From Patescibacteria group bacterium (GTDB lineage Bacteria; Patescibacteriota; Patescibacteriia; Patescibacteriales; WJLG01), in contig JAQUPS010000005.1 of the NCBI GenBank assembly GCA_028716485.1, positions 3,666-67,665 of the forward strand: 64,000 nucleotides of DNA, given 5' to 3'. Of this stretch, positions 35,596 to 44,123 are shown in pieces (within the stretch, counting starts at the first letter, position 1; every line of letters begins with the position of its first letter). Both the position numbers and the translations under genes were made by a program. Under the pieces are notes generated by a model. It was given only the letters and a program-made list of their open reading frames with translations, was not told where the DNA came from and did not search any database.

Positions 35596-36282
35596 ATGGC
35601 GAGCTTGAAATTGGAAGCGAAAAAAAGAGACAAGGAAGAAGATTTGAAAAAAATGATCAAGTCCGGATTCATTCCGGCGGTCGTTTACGGCCCGCATCTC
35701 AAAGCCAATAAGCTGGTGAAGGCGGCGGTGAATGATCTGCGCAAGCTGATCGCGGCGGCCGGCGAATCGACTTTGATCGATTTGATCGTCGATGGCAAAC
35801 CAGAGGGAAAAGTTTTAATCAAGGAAGAGCAGCGCGACCCGGTGAAAGACACTTTGATCCATCTGGATTTTTATGAAGTGGATATGAGCAAGGAAATCCA
35901 TGCCGAAATTCCGCTGCATTTTGTCGGCGAGTCCAAAGCGGTGAAAGAATTGGCCGGCGTCTTGATCAGGAGCATTAACGAGATTGAAGTAAGATGTTTG
36001 CCGGCTGATTTGGTAAATCATTTTGACGTGGATATTTCCGTGTTGAATACTTTTGATGATATTATCAAGATTCATGATTTGAAATTGCCCAAGGGAATAA
36101 AATTGATCCATGAAACCGACGACGTGGTGGCGACGGTCGCCGAACCGAAAGCGGAAGAAGTGTTTGAAACCGCGCCGGCCGAAGGCGAACAGGTCGCGGC
36201 GGTAGAAACCGAAGTTGCCGCTGATGAAGCTGAAGCCGGCGCCGAAGCCAAGGCCGAACCGAAGGCGGAAGCCAAGAAATAA
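35596..36282 (+). CDS. rplY: 50S ribosomal protein L25/Ctc
   Basis: GFIPAVVYGP..., LIHLDFYEV. Acidic/Ala-rich C-terminal tail. The start is placed at MASLKLEAKKR. Confidence 0.85.
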   Translation: MASLKLEAKKRDKEEDLKKMIKSGFIPAVVYGPHLKANKLVKAAVNDLRKLIAAAGESTLIDLIVDGKPEGKVLIKEEQRDPVKDTLIHLDFYEVDMSKEIHAEIPLHFVGESKAVKELAGVLIRSINEIEVRCLPADLVNHFDVDISVLNTFDDIIKIHDLKLPKGIKLIHETDDVVATVAEPKAEEVFETAPAEGEQVAAVETEVAADEAEAGAEAKAEPKAEAKK

Positions 36283-36328
36283 AGTTCTCTTTCAAACGAT
36301 TTTGGATTTGTACTCAAAAAACAAGGAG

Positions 36329-37408
36329 ATGCTTGCCAATCTGAAAAATTATCTGCAAAACAAATCAAAACTATGGAAAAGTCTGATGATTATTTCCATA
36401 GTTTTGTTTTTAGTGATTTTGTCTTGCTTGCTTTGGGCGTTCGCGGCGCGCCCGGGAATAAAAAGCAAGGCTGATATTTCGGCGGTTGCGGACGATAATT
36501 CCGCGCTGTCGGTTAAAAAATCGGCTAAATGCGATAATTGCGCGCGGCGCCAAATCGACGGAGTCTATGTTGAACCGTCAATTGCTGATTTAGCCCCGGT
36601 GGCGATAATGATCGATAATCATCCTGACGCGCGCCCGCCGGCCGGATTGGAGAAAGCGAATTTGGTTTATGAAGCGGAGGTTGAAGGATATTATACTCGC
36701 CTGATGGCTGTTTTTGCCTCGGGCGGCGAGGTCGGCAAGATCGGTCCGGTCCGTTCAGCGCGCCCTTATTTCGTTGATTGGGCCAACGAGCTTCAAGCGG
36801 TCTACGCTCATTGCGGCGGCAGTCCCGAGGCTTTGGTGGATATCGAACAAAAAGGAATCGTTGATTTGAATGAATTTTATAACGGCCAATATTTTTGGCG
36901 CGCGGCCGACCGCTCGGCTCCGCATAATATCTATATTTCCTCGGCTGATTTTAATAAATTTTTAACCGCCAAAAATATCACTGCCGGCGATTACCAGGCC
37001 TGGCAATATAAGGAAGATTCGCCGGTCGCCGATTCTTCCACGACTGAGCCGATTTTGATCGACTACCGCGCGCCGGAATTTCAAGCCAAATGGGTTTACG
37101 ACAAAACCGGCAATGATTATATCCGTTATTATCAGGACAAGCTCGTCTTGACCGCGGATAATAATCTGCTGGTTGCCAAGAATGTCATCATTCAGACCGT
37201 TCCGGCCGCCGTCATCGATGCCGTCTTGCGGCTGAAAATGCAGGATGTCGGCTCCGGCATTGCGAAGATTTGCCTTGACGGCGCCTGCCGGCCGGGCGCT
37301 TGGAGCAAGCCGGATTCTTCCTCGCGGACAATCTTCAGCTATGCCGATGGCGAGGAAGTAAAATTCAACGCCGGCACGACTTGGGTGGAAGTTATGCGCC
37401 CTAATTAA
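36329..37408 (+). CDS. DUF3048-family secreted protein
   Basis: AAGGAG lies just upstream of the ATG. Signal anchor, then PVAIMIDNHPDARPPAGLEKANLVYEAEVEGYYTRLMAVF. Confidence 0.7.
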   Translation: MLANLKNYLQNKSKLWKSLMIISIVLFLVILSCLLWAFAARPGIKSKADISAVADDNSALSVKKSAKCDNCARRQIDGVYVEPSIADLAPVAIMIDNHPDARPPAGLEKANLVYEAEVEGYYTRLMAVFASGGEVGKIGPVRSARPYFVDWANELQAVYAHCGGSPEALVDIEQKGIVDLNEFYNGQYFWRAADRSAPHNIYISSADFNKFLTAKNITAGDYQAWQYKEDSPVADSSTTEPILIDYRAPEFQAKWVYDKTGNDYIRYYQDKLVLTADNNLLVAKNVIIQTVPAAVIDAVLRLKMQDVGSGIAKICLDGACRPGAWSKPDSSSRTIFSYADGEEVKFNAGTTWVEVMRPN

Positions 37409-37435
37409 AACAATTACTCTAATATTATGATTATA

Positions 37436-37465
37436 AAACCTCGGTTAGGATACCGAGGTTTTAAT
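37436..37465. terminator. bidirectional intrinsic terminator
   Basis: AAACCTCGG-ttaggata-CCGAGGTTTT between convergent genes. Confidence 0.75.
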
Positions 37466-37486
37466 ATTGCCCGATTATTTTGGAAT

Positions 37487-38359
37487 TTATAATTCGATAA
37501 CCGCCAGACGGGAAAAACCTCCCAGATCCGGGATTATTTCCGATTTCGCGCGGGGGAAATTTTGGCTGATCAAATTTTCCATCGAATTTTTTTGAGTATC
37601 GTCGATTTCACAGAGAATAAATACGTCATTTTTAATAAAAGGGGATAATTCCTTGATTTGTTGGAATAGGCGGCGATAACAATCAAGTCCGTCAGCTCCG
37701 GCTGACAAAGCGCTTTTTGGCTCTTTTTGTATCGTTGGTGAATTCTTAATCTGCTCCGGAGTCAGATAAGGAAGATTCGCGGTGATCAAAACCGGCTCTT
37801 TGAAAATATTTTTATCAATAGCATTAAGCAAATCGCTGTATAAAAAATGTATACGGCCGCCGACATCATTCTTTTTTGCATTTTTTCTGGCAACGCTTAA
37901 TGCTTTTCGCGAAATATCCAAACCGGTAAAGCCAATTTTAGCAGGGAGTAATTTTTTTGCCAATGAAACTATAATACAACCGGAGCCGGTACCGATATCA
38001 ATAATCGCATTTGGCATTTCGCATTTGGCATTTCGTATATTTTCAATAATTGTATCAATGAGAATTTCCGTTTCCGGTCGGGGGATTAAGACATTTTTAT
38101 TGACCAGAAAATCAAGGCCGTAAAATTCCTGATGGCCGGTAAGATACGCCAAAGGGATGCCTTTTATTCTTTGCCCGACAAAATATTGATACTTGATCAA
38201 CTGCCAAAAACTTATTTTTTTTTCCGGATAAGTGAATAAATATTCTTTATTTTTCCGTAAAACAAATGACAAAATGGCTTCTGCCTCAATTTCCGGCGAA
38301 GGAATATTCATCGATTTTAATTTTTTTTCGGTCATCGCTATGGCTGTTTGAATATTCAT
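37487..38359 (-). CDS. prmC: release-factor glutamine N5-methyltransferase
   Basis: IIDIGTGSGCI (SAM motif) and ITANLPYL (NPPY-type motif). It lies downstream of prfA. Confidence 0.85.
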   Translation of the reverse strand: MNIQTAIAMTEKKLKSMNIPSPEIEAEAILSFVLRKNKEYLFTYPEKKISFWQLIKYQYFVGQRIKGIPLAYLTGHQEFYGLDFLVNKNVLIPRPETEILIDTIIENIRNAKCEMPNAIIDIGTGSGCIIVSLAKKLLPAKIGFTGLDISRKALSVARKNAKKNDVGGRIHFLYSDLLNAIDKNIFKEPVLITANLPYLTPEQIKNSPTIQKEPKSALSAGADGLDCYRRLFQQIKELSPFIKNDVFILCEIDDTQKNSMENLISQNFPRAKSEIIPDLGGFSRLAVIEL

Positions 38360-38398
38360 GAAAAATTGACGCCTATTTAATAATTTGATAAAATTCAA

Positions 38399-38655
38399 AT
38401 ATCAAGTTGTGGAAAATGCCGAATCGGTAAAGCTAAGTGGAAAACAATCCGCGCGAATATTCCAAGCGTTATCGCGCGAACCTAAGCGATTAGGCAGGCT
38501 GGCTTTAATCCGATTTTGAGGCGAGTTTCTAAACCATAACAGAGCGATAAGGAGGGCGAATGACGTATCGGCTCCTTAGACAAAGCATTACCGCCGTTAA
38601 ACCAGTGATCGCCGCCGCGATCCCTAACGAGGGAGAGGAGGCGATCCTAAATTAA
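38399..38655. other. structured GC-richer spacer between prfA and prmC (unassigned)
   Basis: No ORF. It holds many local stems: CCTAAgcgaTTAGG, TAAGGAG...CTCCTTA, GATCGCcgccGCGATC, TCCCTaacgAGGGA, TCGCGCGA...TCGCGCG. Confidence 0.3.
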
Positions 38656-38656
38656 T

Positions 38657-38681
38657 CTAAAAAATCGCCATCAGCGGCGAT
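38657..38681 (-). terminator. intrinsic terminator after prfA
   Basis: The minus strand reads ATCGCC-gctgat-GGCGAT followed by T6. Confidence 0.5.
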
Positions 38682-38773
38682 GTCTCTGCGGTTTAATGGC
38701 AAAAAAATGGAATAAAGCCTGACTTTAGCATTTGCCGGAGAATTATCTCATTCAAGAGATTTTCTCCGGTTTT

Positions 38774-39820
38774 TCATTTATTCAGATTCTTTTCCGCTTC
38801 CCGGAGCGCGGCAATTATCTCTTCCAGATTATTTTCCATCATCACTGTGATATTGCTCCAAGATTGCTTGAGGCGGTGGTCGGTAATCCGATCCTGGGGA
38901 AAATTATAAGTCCGGATTTTTTCGCTGCGGTCGCCCGTGCCAATCTGTTTGAGACGGGTGGCGTCGGCCTTGGCTCTTTTTTCATCTTCCATTCTTTGCG
39001 CCAGGCGCGAGCGCAGAATCATCATGGCCTTTTCTTTGTTCTGATGCTGGGATTTTTCATCCTGGCATTGCACAACCACATTGGTCGGCAAATGGGTGAT
39101 TCTGATTGCCGAAGAAGTCTTGTTGACCTTCTGGCCGCCCGGTCCGGAGGAGCAATAAGTGTCGATGCGCAAATCTTTCGGGTCGATAACCAGTTCGACA
39201 TCCTCGATTTCCGGCACAACGGCGACCGTGGCGGTGGAAGTATGGACGCGTCCCTGTTTTTCCGTTTCGGGAACGCGCTGGACGCGGTGAGTGCCGCCCT
39301 CGAATTTGAGATTGCCATAAACTCCTTTGCCCGTAATGCCAAAAACAACTTCCTTGAATCCGCCGATGCCGTTTTGATTGGCTTCAAAAAGTTCAAGCTT
39401 CCAATGCTGGCGTTCGGCAAATCTCGAATACATCCGGAAAAGTTCGGCCGCGAATAAAGCCGATTCATCGCCGCCAGCCCCGGCTCTAATTTCTATAATT
39501 ACATTTTTTTTATCATTCGGATCCGCCGGATGTAATTCCTCATCAATCTGGTTTTTCAATAAAGCTACTTTCATTTCCGCTTCGGCCAATTCTGATTGAG
39601 CCATCTCTTTCATTTCCGGGTCTTTTTCTTCGGCGATCAGATCCTTGGTTTGTGAAATAGTTTGTTCGTTTTTTTCCAATTCTAAAATCTTCCCCATCAA
39701 GTCTTTGAGGTTGGCGCGCTTTTTTCCGACCGAAGCCATTTTGGACGGATCAGCGGCAATGGCCGGATCCATTAACTGCGCTTCCAAATCGGCAAATTTT
39801 TTTTTAATATCTTCGTACAT
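38774..39820 (-). CDS. prfA: peptide chain release factor 1
   Basis: RVQRVPETEKQGRVHTS (PxT-type tripeptide) and SGPGGQKVNKTSSAIRITHLPT (GGQ). Confidence 0.92.
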   Translation of the reverse strand: MYEDIKKKFADLEAQLMDPAIAADPSKMASVGKKRANLKDLMGKILELEKNEQTISQTKDLIAEEKDPEMKEMAQSELAEAEMKVALLKNQIDEELHPADPNDKKNVIIEIRAGAGGDESALFAAELFRMYSRFAERQHWKLELFEANQNGIGGFKEVVFGITGKGVYGNLKFEGGTHRVQRVPETEKQGRVHTSTATVAVVPEIEDVELVIDPKDLRIDTYCSSGPGGQKVNKTSSAIRITHLPTNVVVQCQDEKSQHQNKEKAMMILRSRLAQRMEDEKRAKADATRLKQIGTGDRSEKIRTYNFPQDRITDHRLKQSWSNITVMMENNLEEIIAALREAEKNLNK

Positions 39821-39900
39821 AATCAGCTAATATAAAACGGCTACTCCTTTCCGCATGCTATATAATTATAGCACGCAAAAAAGAATAGCCGTTAATGACG

Positions 39901-40191
39901 TTAAACCTTTTCGACTCTCTTGGCCGTTCTCTTGGCGGCTTTGGCCGTCAACTTTTCCTTTTTACTGGTTCTTTTGCCGGTAATCTTGCTGGAAGCTTCA
40001 AGCCTGGCTTGAAATTTTTCCACGCGGCGGGCGGTATCGACCAGTTTCTGTTTGCCGGTATAAAAAGGATGGCAAGCGGAGCACAAATCAACTCTTAATT
40101 CCGGCTTAGTCGAGCCGGTGGTAAAAGTATTGCCGCAGGCGCAAACCACCTTGGCATCTTCGTAATATTTCGGATGAATGTCCTTTTTCAT
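39901..40191 (-). CDS. rpmE: 50S ribosomal protein L31
   Basis: [28 protein letters not shown]...[13 protein letters not shown], with a Lys-rich C-terminal extension. Confidence 0.9.
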   Translation of the reverse strand: MKKDIHPKYYEDAKVVCACGNTFTTGSTKPELRVDLCSACHPFYTGKQKLVDTARRVEKFQARLEASSKITGKRTSKKEKLTAKAAKRTAKRVEKV

Positions 40192-40490
40192 AAAAGATAA
40201 TGCTGATCCGCGAATAGTTTATTCAGGTAAATAAAAAAGCATTCGCTGATGCTATAATTTATGATTAAATGCTAACATAAAAGATAAAAATAGGCAAGGG
40301 AAGATATTTTGGCCAATTTTTAACTAAATTTTGTGTTGAAAATAAGCGTTGACCATTGCTAATATGTGCTATAATATCATAAGAATATATGAGCATGAGA
40401 GCATAAGAACATTGGAGCATAAAAGTATAAATTTTATTGTTTTTTACTATTATGTTCTCATGCTCCTATGTTTTTATGTTTTGTTGCTTT

Positions 40491-41972
40491 ATGGAGAATG
40501 ACGAACTACAAATCGAACAGGAAGTGGAGGACATCGCCAAGGTTGATGGCAGCGTGACGCGCAACACTTCTTATTTTACTTTCGCCTTGATTTTGCAAAA
40601 GGTGGTTTCGTTTACTTATTTCACGCTGTTGGCGCGGAATTTAGGGCCGGAAAATCTGGGCAGCTATTATTTCGCCATTTCTTTCACGACGATTTTTTCC
40701 ATCATTATGGATTTCGGTTTAGTCGGCGTGCTGACCCGCGAAGTAGCCAAAAAGAATCTCTCCGCCAAAGAATTGCTCGGTACTGTCTTATCGGTAAAAT
40801 TGCCGCTGACTTTTTTAGCCCTGTTCGTTATTTTTATCGCCGCGCAAATCGCCGGGTACGGCGGCGAAGTCCGAATCCTTATTTATCTGGCCGCTATCGG
40901 CGCCGCTCTTGATTCTTTCACCGTCGCTTTCTACGGGGTGATCCGCGGATTCCACAATTTATTTTTTGAAAGCATTTCCTCGGTAGTTTTTCAGCTGATC
41001 GTCATGACCGGCGGTTTGATTTTTATGCATTACGGTTTTTCTTTGCCGTTCATTTTCAGCTCTTTGACCGCGGCATCCGCCTTTAATTTTATTTATTCCT
41101 ATACGGTGCTGCGGCGGAAAATCGGCGTCAAGATTGAATTGCATTTCGATCCCGAGCTGCTGAAAAAAATAGTTTTGATTGCCATCCCGTTCGGCATTTT
41201 CGCGGTTTTCCAGCGCGTTTACACTTATCTGGATTCGGTAATGCTGGAACATTTCGCCGGAGCCAGATATGTCGGTTATTACCAGATTTCTTTTCGTATA
41301 ATTTTCGCTTTGCAATTTCTGCCCGGCGCGTTTATCGCCTCGCTTTATCCGGCGATGAGCCGATATTGGGTGAGTAATCGGCAGCAATTGGCGATTTCTT
41401 TTGAAAAGTCCCTGATTTATCTGGCCATTATTTCTTTGCCGATTTCCGCCGGAGTTTTCGCTTTGGCCGATAAAATCATTCTTTTATTTAAAACCGGATA
41501 TTCGGAAGCGATCTGGCCGATGCAGATTACCATCTTGGCCTGCTTCTTTGTTTTTATCAATTATCCCATCGGCGCCCTGCTGAACGCCTGCGACCGGCAA
41601 AAAAACAATACGATCAACATGGTAATTATCACGGTTATCAGCGTCGCGCTTAATTTTCTCTTGATTCCTCTTTACCAGGCCGCGGGCGCGAGCTGGACGG
41701 TTTTGATTACCAATTTCCTGATGACGGTCTTGGGATTTTATTGGGCGGGAAAAATCATTAAGATCGATAAGAAGAAAATTTCCCTTGCTTTTGGCAAGAT
41801 TTTGGCGGCCGCTGCCATCATGGCCTTGGCCGCGTTTTATCTTAAGACAAAAATGAGTATCATAATTGTAATTCCTCTGGTCGGCCTATTGTATTCGGCG
41901 CTGATCTTGTGGTTCAAAACTATTAAAAAAGAAGAGATTGGCTACGTGTTACGGTCGTTTGTAAAAAAATAA
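40491..41972 (+). CDS. polysaccharide flippase (MOP/Wzx-like)
   Basis: Polytopic membrane protein of ~490 aa whose N-terminus is typical of polysaccharide biosynthesis proteins (SYFTFALILQKVVSFTYFTLLAR). Start at ATG 40491. Confidence 0.7.
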   Translation: MENDELQIEQEVEDIAKVDGSVTRNTSYFTFALILQKVVSFTYFTLLARNLGPENLGSYYFAISFTTIFSIIMDFGLVGVLTREVAKKNLSAKELLGTVLSVKLPLTFLALFVIFIAAQIAGYGGEVRILIYLAAIGAALDSFTVAFYGVIRGFHNLFFESISSVVFQLIVMTGGLIFMHYGFSLPFIFSSLTAASAFNFIYSYTVLRRKIGVKIELHFDPELLKKIVLIAIPFGIFAVFQRVYTYLDSVMLEHFAGARYVGYYQISFRIIFALQFLPGAFIASLYPAMSRYWVSNRQQLAISFEKSLIYLAIISLPISAGVFALADKIILLFKTGYSEAIWPMQITILACFFVFINYPIGALLNACDRQKNNTINMVIITVISVALNFLLIPLYQAAGASWTVLITNFLMTVLGFYWAGKIIKIDKKKISLAFGKILAAAAIMALAAFYLKTKMSIIIVIPLVGLLYSALILWFKTIKKEEIGYVLRSFVKK

Positions 41973-41977
41973 TCGTT

Positions 41978-43129
41978 ATGGATTCCTCGCCGCAAAAATT
42001 TTTGTTATTTACCTTGGAATTTCCTCCGCTCAAAGGAGGGGTGGCGACGCTTTACCAAAATTATGCCGCCTATTGGCCGGCCGGCGATTTGTCAGTTTTA
42101 TCCGATGCCATCCCCGGAGGAAAAGATAGTGAATTTATAAAATATCGCTCGTTGATTGCCAGGCATCTCCGGCCGCGCTGGCTTCCGGCTATCTGGCAGC
42201 TTCATCGGGAAATATCCAATATCAAATATCCAATATCAAATATCCGCGTTATCGTCGGACAAATTCTTCCGCTTGGCATCGCCGCCTATTATTTGTCGAA
42301 ATTTATCAAGTTCAAATACGCGATTCTCTTGCACGGTCTGGATTTTTCTTTGGCGACCGAAACGAAGCGGAAGAAAAAAATCACCGCGAAAATTTTAGCG
42401 CGGGCTGATAAGATTATTTGTTCCAATAGTTATACGGCCAATCAGGTTAAAGTTTTCGATTCCTCTTTGGCGTCCAAATTAAGCATGGTCAACCCGGGAA
42501 TTGAACCGAGCTTTATCAGGAATCCGCGGCGAGTCCAAGAATTGCGCCAACAATACGGTTTGGAAAATAAGATTGTCTTGTTCGGTTTAGGCAGATTGGT
42601 GCGCCGTAAAGGCTTTGACAAGGTTATCGAAGCGATGAGCATGATAATCAAGTCGGCTTCCGAGGTGATTTATGCGATTGCCGGCGCCGGACCGGACGGT
42701 GAGATGTTAAAAAAAATGGCTGAAGCCTTGCCGGCAGAAACAAAAGATAAGATTATTTTTCTCGGACAAGTTTCCGATGCTGACCGGTGGGCATGGCTGG
42801 AATTATGTGATATATTTATAATGCCGTCGCGGAATATTTCCGGCGATTACGAAGGCTTTGGCACGGTTTATCTGGAAGCCAACCTGGCCGGCAAACCGGT
42901 GATTGCCGGCGACAGCGGGGGAGTGCGCGACGCGGTAATTGATAATATCAGCGGACTGCTGGTCAATCCGGAAAGTCCGGCGGAAATCGCGCAAGCGGCG
43001 ATTAAATTGGCCGCCGATTCCGAATTAAGGCGCGCGCTGGGCGAGCAAGGCAAGCGCCGAGCCGTGGAAAATTTCAGCGCCAAAAAAATGGCGGAAAAAA
43101 TTTATAATATAATGCTAATCCGCAAATAG
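41978..43129 (+). CDS. glycosyltransferase family 4 (GT-B)
   Basis: EGFGTVYLEANLAGKPVIAGDSGGVRDAV (E-x7-E region). Confidence 0.85.
   Translation: MDSSPQKFLLFTLEFPPLKGGVATLYQNYAAYWPAGDLSVLSDAIPGGKDSEFIKYRSLIARHLRPRWLPAIWQLHREISNIKYPISNIRVIVGQILPLGIAAYYLSKFIKFKYAILLHGLDFSLATETKRKKKITAKILARADKIICSNSYTANQVKVFDSSLASKLSMVNPGIEPSFIRNPRRVQELRQQYGLENKIVLFGLGRLVRRKGFDKVIEAMSMIIKSASEVIYAIAGAGPDGEMLKKMAEALPAETKDKIIFLGQVSDADRWAWLELCDIFIMPSRNISGDYEGFGTVYLEANLAGKPVIAGDSGGVRDAVIDNISGLLVNPESPAEIAQAAIKLAADSELRRALGEQGKRRAVENFSAKKMAEKIYNIMLIRK
42211..42245 (+). repeat. heptanucleotide repeat AATATC[C/A] x5 inside the GT4 CDS
   Basis: aatatcc aatatca aatatcc aatatca aatatcc, translated as ISNIKYPISNI. Confidence 0.9.
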
Positions 43130-43130
43130 A

Positions 43131-43213
43131 TTCGAATGCCGCGAATAATGCGAATAATATTTATTTGCGGTATTCGCGGCATTAGCGCTCCCATTCGCGT
43201 CATTCGCATTACG
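43131..43213. repeat. dispersed hairpin spacer element, copy 2
   Basis: AATGCCGCGAAT (43135-43146) pairs perfectly (12 bp) with ATTCGCGGCATT (43172-43183). It shares words with 10262-10333. Confidence 0.6.
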
Positions 43214-43218
43214 CCTTT

Positions 43219-43944
43219 ATGATTAGCATAATCATCCCAGCTTATAATCAAGACGAGAAACTAAGACGATGTCTTTATAGTATTTTAGTGCAAACTTATA
43301 AGGATTTGGAAGTCATTGTGGTTAATGACGGTTCGATTGATCAGACCGGCGAGATCATCAATTCATTAAGGGAGAAATTCAAGCTGGCCGAAATAAGTTA
43401 TAAATCGATTGAGCAGGAAAATAAAGGCGCGCCCAACGCCCGCAACCATGGTTTCCAGGCCTCGAAAGGGGATTATCTGTTTTTTTGCGATGCCGATGTG
43501 GCGTTGGATAAAAATTGCCTCTGGGAGATGATTAACGTTTTACAGAATCATCCCGAAGCCGCTTTCGCATATTCTTCTTTCAAATGGGGCGATAAGCTTT
43601 TTCGGCTGCAGCCTTTTGATTGGAAAAAATTAAGGCAGATGCCCTACATTTCATCGATGTCGCTGGTCCGGACTAAAAATTTTCCCATCACCGGCTGGGA
43701 TGAAAATTTGAAAAAATTCCAGGATTGGGATTTATGGCTCACTATCGGCGAGCAGGGAGGAAAAGGAATCTGGATTGACAAGCCGCTTTTTGCCGCCAGC
43801 GCCGGCGGAACGATTTCCAGCTGGCTGCCTTCATTTGCTTATAAATTTTTTCCTTTTCTGCCCGCGGTGAAAAAATATAAAGAAGCGGTGCGAATTATCA
43901 AAGAAAAGCACGGCCTGCTGTTGGCAAGGAAAGAAAATAAATAG
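43219..43944 (+). CDS. glycosyltransferase family 2
   Basis: ISIIIPAYNQDEKLRRCL, VVNDGSID, FFCDADV (DxD). Confidence 0.85.
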   Translation: MISIIIPAYNQDEKLRRCLYSILVQTYKDLEVIVVNDGSIDQTGEIINSLREKFKLAEISYKSIEQENKGAPNARNHGFQASKGDYLFFCDADVALDKNCLWEMINVLQNHPEAAFAYSSFKWGDKLFRLQPFDWKKLRQMPYISSMSLVRTKNFPITGWDENLKKFQDWDLWLTIGEQGGKGIWIDKPLFAASAGGTISSWLPSFAYKFFPFLPAVKKYKEAVRIIKEKHGLLLARKENK

Positions 43945-44123
43945 CAGAGGCTGGCGGATATAATAAATATTAAATCCGAAACACTAAATCCTAAACAAAT
44001 TCGAAATTTAAAATCTGAAATTCAAAAAGTTTTTAATTTCGTGCTTCGGATTTTGGATTTGTTTCTAATTCAGAGCTTCGGATTCAGGATTTTAAAAGTT
44101 GTTGGCGCTCTTATCGTAATTTT

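Noticed and set aside
38399-38655. RNase P RNA, tmRNA or SRP RNA in the prfA-prmC spacer
   Set aside because: Neither strand shows the conserved cores I know: GAGGAAAGUCCGG / ACAGAA..GGCUUA for RNase P; a tRNA-like GGUUCGA..CCACCA end plus a tag ORF for tmRNA; GGAAGCAGCC for SRP.
38732-39457. 241-aa + strand ORF opposite prfA, and similar antisense ORFs (e.g. 14079-14786 opposite nrdD, 32615-33274 opposite parB, 1331-1828, 25456-26061, 3930-4220 opposite csp)
   Set aside because: Each lies fully inside a strongly supported gene on the other strand and has no recognisable motifs. They are typical shadow ORFs.
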